Below, in pieces: positions 56,921 through 64,000 of a stretch of 64,000 bases of DNA. How positions within the stretch are numbered: position 1 is the first letter of the stretch; every line of letters starts with the position of its first letter. This DNA comes from an uncultured Candidatus Saccharibacteria bacterium (lineage in GTDB: Bacteria > Patescibacteriota > Minisyncoccia > Phycocordibacterales > UBA918). A model generated the notes under the pieces. The model saw only the letters and a program-made list of their open reading frames with translations. It ran no database searches and was not told where the DNA came from. The DNA lies in the NCBI GenBank assembly GCA_964611205.1, contig CAZSZB010000004.1, positions 12,121 through 76,120 on the forward strand. The letters are read 5' to 3'. Both the position numbers and the translations under genes were made by a program.

Positions 56921-59101
56921 CTACTCCATATGTAGCTCAGCTTTAATACCGGCTACCCTGTGGGCAATTAGAGGGTATGTTTGTGTAAAGTTTGAAGATT
57001 TTTCTACTAGTTTATGAGCTTCGTTACGAGCCGCTTCTACTAGTTTAAGATTTTTGATGGCTTCCATTCCAAGATCGGTCAAGCCAGATTGTTTGGCTCC
57101 GTAGAGCTCTCCAGAACCTCTGAACTGGAGGTCGTGTTCAGCTAATTCAAAGCCGTTCTTGGCTGTCACTAGAGCCTTAAGACGATCTCTTGTTTTCTCA
57201 CTCTTACTCTCAGTCACGGCAAAACAGTAAGGTTGGTGTGTACCACGAATGACACGACCACGTAGTTGGTGCAACTGTGATAGTCCAAATCGCTCAGCTC
57301 CTTCAATAATTATGTTGGTAGCGTTTGGTATATTGACACCCACCTCTACCACTGAAGTTGCTACGAGGATGTCTATTTTATGATCAGAGAACTCTTTCAT
57401 GACTTTATCTTTTTCACTGGGTGTCATCTTGCCGTGTAGTAAGCCAATCTTATATTCGGGGAAGACATCTTTTTCTAACCTCTCTGCTTCAGCCTTAACA
57501 CTTTTAAGGCGCAGAGCTGTGGCTTTATCAGGATCAGGTTCATCGATACGAGGGCATATGACGTAGGCTTGCCGGCCGGTACTTAACTCCTCTCGCACAT
57601 GGTCATACATTTCTTTCTGTTGGCTAGGTCCAATGATTTTAGTGATGATAGTTTTTCGTCCGCTAGGCATTTCATCTAGTAGTGTTATATCTAGGTCTCC
57701 ATATATGGTTAAGGCTAGAGTCCGTGGAATAGGAGTGGCTGTCATAGAAAGTAGGTGTGGCATTCGGGAGTCTTTTTTAGCGAGTTGTTTGCGCTGATTG
57801 GTACCAAAGCGGTGTTGTTCGTCGATAATTACATAAGCCAAGTGTTTAAATTCTACACTTTTATAGATGAGAGAATGAGTACCAATCAGAATCGGAATTT
57901 CACCATTTTTTACCCATTTTAGTAATTGTGCTTTGGATATTTTAGTTGGTTTAGTAGGATCGACTTTGCTCGGAAATTTCATACAACCACTGCCGGTAAT
58001 CAAACCAATTTGGATAGGTAAGTGATGAAAATATTCAATGAAACTTTCGAAGTGTTGTTTGGCAAGAATCTCGGTCGGTGCCATGTAGCCAACTTGAAGG
58101 TTCCCGTATTCGAGCTTTTTGCCGGCCGCCTCCGGCGGCCGGCTCGTGGCTACCGCATAAGCAGTTGTCGCAGCGACCGCTGTTTTGCCGCTACCAACAT
58201 CGCCTTCAAGCAGTCTACTCATGGCGTGACTTCCAGAGAAGTCTTGAAGAATTTCAGTAATAGATTTGTCTTGGCTTTTGGTTAGCTGAAAGGGGAAACG
58301 CTCGGTAAACTCTCTTAAGTGTTTGTCGTCGGTTTTAAACTGATAGGTAGTGGCAGCATTAGCGGCGGCACGATTTAAAGCATTTTGGATTTGGATATAA
58401 AAAACTTCCTCGAAGGCAAACCGCTTCCTCGCACTTTTGGCGTGGTCAGCTTTTTTGGGAGAGTGTATCCACACTAGAGCAGTCTTTAGTTCTGGTAGAT
58501 TATATTTCTCTAGCATGTCTAAGGGTAGAGGGTCATTTAAGGTTTCTAAGATTCCTTTTTCAAAACATTTCAAAACTGTATGGTAGAGCCATTTGCTAGT
58601 GATGCCTTTGGTTTCCCGATAAACAGGATATAGGGTGTCATCGGCTTCGGCGTCAGTCCCAACAAAGAGTGAATCGTGACGATCGATTGGTAGGGAGTCC
58701 AGCTTCTCGACTTCAGGGTTAGCAATATATAACTTGTCACCACTGCCGGTGACTTTTCCCGCTATCTTAACGTACATTCCATCACTATACATTTTTGCTA
58801 GATAGGGCTGGTTAAACCACATTATCTTTATCTTGGCCGAACCGTCCTCAATATAGCCTTCAGCAATCGGTTTCCGACTCTTCCAGGCTTTACGGCTCCT
58901 GAGGCCTGATAACTGACCATAGACAACGGCTTCCTGACCTTTCTCTAGTCCGGCAACGGATTGAACATCACTAATATCTTCATAACGAGCAGGTAGATAA
59001 TAGAGTAGGTTCTCTACCGTCTTAATACCTAAACGTTTGAGAGCTTTTTGGTGGGGTAAATCTATTTTAAAGTGACTGGTCAGTAAATCGGTGGGTTTCA
59101 T
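56921..59101 (-). CDS. recG: ATP-dependent DNA helicase RecG
   Basis: GDVGSGKT, APTEILAKQH, DEQHRFG, TATPIPRTL, QLHQLRGRV. Confidence 0.96.
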   Translation of the reverse strand: MKPTDLLTSHFKIDLPHQKALKRLGIKTVENLLYYLPARYEDISDVQSVAGLEKGQEAVVYGQLSGLRSRKAWKSRKPIAEGYIEDGSAKIKIMWFNQPYLAKMYSDGMYVKIAGKVTGSGDKLYIANPEVEKLDSLPIDRHDSLFVGTDAEADDTLYPVYRETKGITSKWLYHTVLKCFEKGILETLNDPLPLDMLEKYNLPELKTALVWIHSPKKADHAKSARKRFAFEEVFYIQIQNALNRAAANAATTYQFKTDDKHLREFTERFPFQLTKSQDKSITEILQDFSGSHAMSRLLEGDVGSGKTAVAATTAYAVATSRPPEAAGKKLEYGNLQVGYMAPTEILAKQHFESFIEYFHHLPIQIGLITGSGCMKFPSKVDPTKPTKISKAQLLKWVKNGEIPILIGTHSLIYKSVEFKHLAYVIIDEQHRFGTNQRKQLAKKDSRMPHLLSMTATPIPRTLALTIYGDLDITLLDEMPSGRKTIITKIIGPSQQKEMYDHVREELSTGRQAYVICPRIDEPDPDKATALRLKSVKAEAERLEKDVFPEYKIGLLHGKMTPSEKDKVMKEFSDHKIDILVATSVVEVGVNIPNATNIIIEGAERFGLSQLHQLRGRVIRGTHQPYCFAVTESKSEKTRDRLKALVTAKNGFELAEHDLQFRGSGELYGAKQSGLTDLGMEAIKNLKLVEAARNEAHKLVEKSSNFTQTYPLIAHRVAGIKAELHME

Positions 59102-59216
59102 ACTGTATATAGTAGCAGACTAGACATTGTATACGATAAAGTCCCAATATTGACATTTAATTATTTTAGTACATAATCTTGGCCAGAACTGAATTATGTA
59201 GAAGAGGGGATACAGG

Positions 59217-59741
59217 ATGGATAATCCTACAGACTATCTGAAGAAATACATGAAGAAACATCATCCGAAGCTGGAGATGAGTCTCGTGTACTCCCAGAGT
59301 CGGGACAAGGCAGTGTATGGCTGGGGCCATACGAAACTGAGAAGTGGTTTTTGGGATTTCCGGATGATGATACCCCGAAGTGCCCCAGAAAACGGCCGTC
59401 CGCTTTGCAACGTGGTGAAGTATAATATGGAAATTGTCTGGCAGTTCGAAGAGGACAGCCAGCAGTATCAGGGCCTTTGGAGGAAAGAACGGGTTCATCT
59501 TTACGAAAAAGATGTCGATGGCCAAGCCTATTTCTTTTTGGTGAATGTTCTGGAAGGAACTCCAGATTTCATTCATCGTGTCTTCCGGCCTAACGGCGAT
59601 GAGCTTTCTCTAGAGGTGGAGGTCTTGCTTAAGGAAGAGCTGCGAAAGTGGGGGATGGAGGTGACACTCTCCCCTGAAGAAAAACTGACCTGGGATAGGT
59701 TGATGAATCCCAAGACCAAGGCCAAAAGCCGGGCAGGGTAA
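59217..59741 (+). CDS. ORFan, GC-rich, with own promoter, SD and terminator
   Basis: TTGACA 59150 / CATAAT 59172; GAGGGG SD; hairpin acccgccgtttc...gaaacggcgggt at about 59770-59800. Confidence 0.6.
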   Translation: MDNPTDYLKKYMKKHHPKLEMSLVYSQSRDKAVYGWGHTKLRSGFWDFRMMIPRSAPENGRPLCNVVKYNMEIVWQFEEDSQQYQGLWRKERVHLYEKDVDGQAYFFLVNVLEGTPDFIHRVFRPNGDELSLEVEVLLKEELRKWGMEVTLSPEEKLTWDRLMNPKTKAKSRAG

Positions 59742-59878
59742 TCCGACCTGCTTTCCGTCGCACTTGCAACACCCGCCGTTTCGAAGGAAACGGCGGGTGA
59801 ATTTTTATTATATTTTTAAAAGCAGTAATGGCAGGTTATACTATGGTCTGTTTATTTCGTTAGATTTTATTTGCACCC

Positions 59879-61027
59879 ATGGCACAAAAAAAAGATTACA
59901 ATAAAATGGCTTTAGCTTTGCATAAGAAAATGCGCGGAAAGCTTGGTGTGGTTAGTAAGGGAAAGTTAAAAACCAAAGATGATTGGAGTACGATGTATAC
60001 TCCAGGAGTAGCTGCAGTTTCTTCACATTTGGCTCAAAACCCCGCCGATACCCCTAAATACTCTATGAAAGGCAATACTGTAGCGGTAGTGTCGGATGGT
60101 TCAGCTGTCTTGGGGTTGGGAAATATCGGACCTTTAGGCGCGCTACCGGTAATGGAAGGTAAGTGCGTTATTTTCAAAGAGATGGCTGGAGTTGATGCTT
60201 GGCCACTGGTGCTTGATACACAAGATACTGAGGAGATAATAAAGGTAGTAAAAGCGATTGCTCCGGGTTTTGGCGGCATAAATCTCGAAGACATTAGTGC
60301 TCCTCGTTGTTTTGAAATAGAGGAAAGGTTAAAAAAGGAATTAGATATTCCAGTTTTTCACGACGATCAACACGGCACAGCGATTGTTGTCACGGCTGGT
60401 CTGATAAATGCTGCTAAGGTAATAGGGAAGAAGTTTGAGACTTTAAAAGTAGTAATTGTAGGAGCGGGAGCGGCTGGTAGAGCTATTGCTTTGCTTTTGA
60501 GTAAAGCAGGAGTAGAAAATTTAATGGTAACAGATAGCAACGGCATAATTTATGAAGGGAGGACTGGCCTTAATAATTTCAAAAAAGAGTTAGCCAAAAA
60601 AATAAATCACGATAAGATAAAAGGCGATGTTCTAACCGCCGTCACTGGAGCTGATGTAATAATCGGAGTCTCTGGTCCAGGTACAATTAGTAAACATCAT
60701 ATCGAAATGATGGCTGAGAAACCGATTGTGTTTGCTTTAGCCAACCCTATTCCAGAAATTAAGCCAGAGGATGCTAAACAAGCTGGAGCGGTGGTAGTAG
60801 CCACTGGTCGTAGTGACTATCCAAACCAGGTTAATAATTCCTTGGTCTTTCCAGGTATTTTCCGTGGGGCTCTAGACAAAGGAGTTAATGATATAACTGA
60901 TGATATGAAATTAGCAGCTGCTAAAAATATCGCCGCCCTTGTGAAAAAACCAACCGCCAGTGAGATAATTCCTAGTGTCAATCATCCGGATTTGGTGAAG
61001 CGAGTAGCCAGTGCTGTGAAAAAGTAA
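59879..61027 (+). CDS. NAD(P)-dependent malic enzyme (minimal type)
   Basis: YTPGVA, DGSAVLGLG, PVMEGK, INLEDI, FHDDQHGT, GAGAAG, TGRSDYPNQVNN. Confidence 0.95.
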   Translation: MAQKKDYNKMALALHKKMRGKLGVVSKGKLKTKDDWSTMYTPGVAAVSSHLAQNPADTPKYSMKGNTVAVVSDGSAVLGLGNIGPLGALPVMEGKCVIFKEMAGVDAWPLVLDTQDTEEIIKVVKAIAPGFGGINLEDISAPRCFEIEERLKKELDIPVFHDDQHGTAIVVTAGLINAAKVIGKKFETLKVVIVGAGAAGRAIALLLSKAGVENLMVTDSNGIIYEGRTGLNNFKKELAKKINHDKIKGDVLTAVTGADVIIGVSGPGTISKHHIEMMAEKPIVFALANPIPEIKPEDAKQAGAVVVATGRSDYPNQVNNSLVFPGIFRGALDKGVNDITDDMKLAAAKNIAALVKKPTASEIIPSVNHPDLVKRVASAVKK

Positions 61028-61408
61028 CGACCTAAAATCAAGTACGTACCATAGTACGTACCATGGTACGTACTTGATTTGGAAGCTCTGGGATTAAGCT
61101 TTAACTTCGTCTTAATTTCATTCTTTTTTACTCTGTTAAATTATGGTATTGTACTGGCCAGACAAGTGAAAAATAGCCAGAACGTTTTTTTAAAAACACG
61201 TTGGTCAAAGTAATATTGTCTAGTGAATGTTTATACAAACAAAAATACACAAAGTTGGCTAAGTGAATGAAAAGCAAACTGCTTTGCTTTTCATCCGGTT
61301 TGCAAACCTGAGAGCAAAAAGGCCGTTGTGAGCGAATGCGAACAGGTCAAAGGAGGAAACGTAGCCGAACGCCCACTGAAGAACAAGCGTTCTTACAAAA
61401 CAAATAAC

Positions 61409-61495
61409 GGAGAGTTGGCTGAGTGGTCGAAAGCGCCTCACTGCTAACGAGGTAAGGTGTAAAAGCCTTCAAGGGTTCGAATCCCTTACTCTCCG
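61409..61495 (+). tRNA. tRNA-Ser(GCU)
   Basis: GGAGAGT/ACTCTCC acceptor, CTGCTAA anticodon loop, long variable arm, GGTTCGAATCC, discriminator G; CCA not encoded. Confidence 0.9.
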
Positions 61496-61647
61496 CGAGT
61501 ACCAAAACCCAAAGCATACCTTTGGGTTTTGCTGTACCTCGCGAGAGAGTAAGGGATTCGAAAAGCTTTTGAGCTATTTTCAAGATGGCGCAGAAAATAG
61601 CCAAAAGGTATACTGCTCGTGTAACGAGGGGATCCCTTACTCTCCAC
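61496..61647. repeat. Hairpin plus inverted and direct copies of the tRNA-Ser 3' end
   Basis: gagagtaagggattcgaa (61545-62) is the reverse complement of the tRNA 3' end; atcccttactctcc recurs at 61632-45. Confidence 0.8.
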
Positions 61648-61692
61648 AAAATCGAGCTAGCGTGGGACAGCGGTAAATATAATTACAAAGAT

Positions 61693-62064
61693 ATGAATGA
61701 AATTGAAGCTAAAAAATTTTACGATTTGGAAACAGCACTACATAAAAAAGAAGTACGTAATTCAAGAGAGCAAGTATCTGCATTAATTGCAGATGACTTC
61801 TTAGAGTTCGGAAAGTCAGGTGGTAAGTTTGATAAACAAGATATTCTTACCGGGCTTGAGCAGGAAGCTATTGATTTACAGATTATTGTGTCGGACTTGA
61901 ATGCAAAGGAGCTATCAAAGGATATTGTGCTTGTGACTTATGTAGCCTCAATGCTTGATGAGGATAATTCGACTACTATTTTGACAAACAGAAGTTCTGT
62001 TTGGATGCTACGAGATGGAAATTGGCAGATGGTATTTCATCAGGGTACGAAGAAACAAGACTAA
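61693..62064 (+). CDS. DUF4440 / NTF2-like protein
   Basis: LIADDFLEFGKSG...RSSVW...WQMVFHQGT; ATG at 61693 preferred. Confidence 0.85.
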   Translation: MNEIEAKKFYDLETALHKKEVRNSREQVSALIADDFLEFGKSGGKFDKQDILTGLEQEAIDLQIIVSDLNAKELSKDIVLVTYVASMLDEDNSTTILTNRSSVWMLRDGNWQMVFHQGTKKQD

Positions 62065-62118
62065 TTGCATGCGATACACCATTGTATGCTAAGTTTCGCT
62101 ATAATTTTGGATGTACCC

Positions 62119-63645
62119 CTAACGATGTCTATATACCTGTCCAGCGTTTAAAGGTTTTCTCAATAGGTCACCGACGGTAACGAAAGTAAATCCTTGTTTT
62201 CTAAGTTCCGTTATCACTTCGGGAATAGCGGCTACAGTCGGCCCATGAATATCGTGGGCTAAAATGATAGCTCCGCTTTGTGGGGAAGTCATACGTCTAA
62301 CTAACTCAGCATGAGGTGGCAGTTTCCAGTCTTCGGGGTCAACGCTCCAAAGAATAATTGGTCGGTCCACGTGTTTCAGTACTTCGTCATTGAAGGCTCC
62401 ATAAGGTGGACGGAGGTATCGTGGTTTAATCCCTACAATCGAATACAAGAGCTCATCGGTTTGGTGTAGTTGTGCGTCAATGGCGGAGCCTCCCAGTGTC
62501 CGTAAATCTTTGTGGTCCCAAGTGTGATTGCCTAGCTCGTGACCCTCAGCCACAATGCGACTGATAGTATCGGGCTGAATTTTGGCTGATCGACCTAATA
62601 CAAAAAAAGTAGCCGGTACATTATATTCTTTTAGTGTGTTAAGTAGAGTGCCTGTGTAGACGGACGGACCGTCGTCGAAGGTCAGGGCGACGCATTTAGT
62701 TTCGTCGCAGTTTACCTGGCCAGCTGAACTGACATCAGGTATTGTCTGTGGTCTTGGGGCTACCGGGGCCGGCTTCTTTTCTTTTGGTTTAGGTATAGAA
62801 AAAACTTCTTTTACCTCGGGTGCTAGCATATCGGCTACTTGCTCGAGCGGAATCTCCACACTAAGGATACCTTCAGAACCGGCAGCTACTTGATACTTAT
62901 CAAAATAAATAGTCAGTATGCCGTCGTCACTAATTACTAAACTATTGAAGTTTTCAGCTAATGGTTTAGTACCTTCGGTAATGGATTCTTTATTATTTTT
63001 AATATATTCGGCGATGGCTTGTTTTGAACCATCGAGGGTCTCGGCTTTCTCAAGCATGCGAGCAATCAGCACCTCTCGGGAGATTTTTGATAATCTTTCT
63101 AAATAAGATGAATCGGTAAATAAATCTTTAATAGGAATCTCAGCACCAGTTTGACGATTGAAGATCATGGCGAAAGTGTTATCCAGGCCAGTACCGCCGG
63201 TGCTTTGGTATTGATAAAATACAAACGACACATACTTTTCATTGGCGAAGGACACATCGAAGTGTTGTGTATAGTCGGTTACGATAGTATTTGATACTAG
63301 TCCTGTTTCTGTGAGGTATTCTTGGTAGGCCTGTTCTTGACTGAGAGCTGTTTCTGTAAATGATGCGATAAAGTCTAGTGAGAGTTCTTCAAGCGCTTGG
63401 TTGATTTTTGAATTCTCTGTAACGGGATAAGCGACGTTTAATAATGAACGATTATCATTTTCGCGTCGTTCAATCGTTTTTACATTGATGTTGTCGTATT
63501 TGGATGTTTCGGTAGTGGTTACGTCTATGTCTTTTAACGATGGATTATCGCCCACTAAGAAGTAGTTAAAAGCACCCCAACCCAATGCACTCGTAACAAG
63601 CAGTAAGGTTAAAATTAAAGCCAACAGCATCAAGATTTTTTTCAT
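62119..63645 (-). CDS. Membrane-anchored polysaccharide (peptidoglycan) deacetylase with DUF3298-like N-terminal region (PdaC/PgdA-like)
   Basis: ALTFDDGP, ATFFVLG, GNHTWDH, RPPYG, WSVDPEDW, LAHD; YFDKYQVAAGSEG. Confidence 0.9.
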   Translation of the reverse strand: MKKILMLLALILTLLLVTSALGWGAFNYFLVGDNPSLKDIDVTTTETSKYDNINVKTIERRENDNRSLLNVAYPVTENSKINQALEELSLDFIASFTETALSQEQAYQEYLTETGLVSNTIVTDYTQHFDVSFANEKYVSFVFYQYQSTGGTGLDNTFAMIFNRQTGAEIPIKDLFTDSSYLERLSKISREVLIARMLEKAETLDGSKQAIAEYIKNNKESITEGTKPLAENFNSLVISDDGILTIYFDKYQVAAGSEGILSVEIPLEQVADMLAPEVKEVFSIPKPKEKKPAPVAPRPQTIPDVSSAGQVNCDETKCVALTFDDGPSVYTGTLLNTLKEYNVPATFFVLGRSAKIQPDTISRIVAEGHELGNHTWDHKDLRTLGGSAIDAQLHQTDELLYSIVGIKPRYLRPPYGAFNDEVLKHVDRPIILWSVDPEDWKLPPHAELVRRMTSPQSGAIILAHDIHGPTVAAIPEVITELRKQGFTFVTVGDLLRKPLNAGQVYRHR

Positions 63646-63689
63646 GTCACCAGGTTAGCATATAAACGCTATTCTGTACGGGGCTTCAG

Positions 63690-64000
63690 CTACTTTTTAG
63701 AACGGAGAAGATGCAAGTATAGAATTATCAGGAAGGCAAACAAGACCCCAGACAGAAATGGAAATGTGACAAAGCCAAATACTTCCATAACTTTCTTGGA
63801 GCAATCTGCGCTACCGTCAGCTAAGCATGGTACAACACCACTCTGGATTAGTTCCTGGGGTAATGCTTGATAAATATATTGGTAGATAGCGACGAGAAGA
63901 CCAAAGATAGATAACACGATACCGTACACAGGGAAGTGTTGGGCATCCTTGAGTTTGAAAGCAGTTAGAGATAGAAAGACCTGTGAATAAAGCGCTACTC
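63690..64000 (-). CDS. Disulfide bond formation protein DsbB/BdbC family, 5' end outside the window
   Basis: Frame open to the window edge (VALYSQV...), AIYQY, C....ADCS...FGFVTFPFLS. Confidence 0.75.
   Translation of the reverse strand, partial: VALYSQVFLSLTAFKLKDAQHFPVYGIVLSIFGLLVAIYQYIYQALPQELIQSGVVPCLADGSADCSKKVMEVFGFVTFPFLSGVLFAFLIILYLHLLRSKK

Noticed and set aside
55864-61649. ORFs 55864..56088, 61259..61441 and 61347..61649
   Set aside because: They overlap tRNA genes or their repeats on the opposite strand and show no protein features

Overview
AT-rich bacterial chromosome segment that reads as a Patescibacteria/CPR (Parcubacteria-like) genome. Support for this: standard code 11 with TGA used as stop, housekeeping genes mostly lacking Shine-Dalgarno motifs, no rpmD between rpsE and rplO, a split ComEC, and a type IV pilus cluster with a giant minor pilin. 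The taxonomy is inferred. The window holds nusA, a pilB-pilC-minor pilin operon, tpiA-pgk, recJ, RNase H, competence genes, fragmented str/S10/spc ribosomal operons, secY-adk-map, ndk, infC-rpmI-rplT, tmRNA-smpB, ftsH, recG, malic enzyme, two tRNAs (Ser-GCU and an unusual Ile-UAU) and a probable 6S RNA. The most striking feature is a 6.2 kb island between fusA and tuf (23366-29566). It carries five tandem genes that share a near-identical 195-nt 5' constant region (signal/anchor plus WSAPQNNPPDGNTPAPIN) and nested shared middle modules, but end in different C-terminal heads. One head is a phage-type S74 chaperone, and two copies are broken by single lesions. This looks like a recombination-shuffled surface fibre/adhesin cassette array with no recombinase or reverse transcriptase in the window. 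Other notable items: a triple-crossed structured RNA candidate upstream of rpsL, inverted and direct copies of tRNA/tmRNA 3' ends built into repeat elements, SD-led GC-rich ORFan units, missing rplC-rplD-rplW-rplB in the S10 cluster, and S12 loop variants. All calls come from reading the sequence by eye; no database searches were run.
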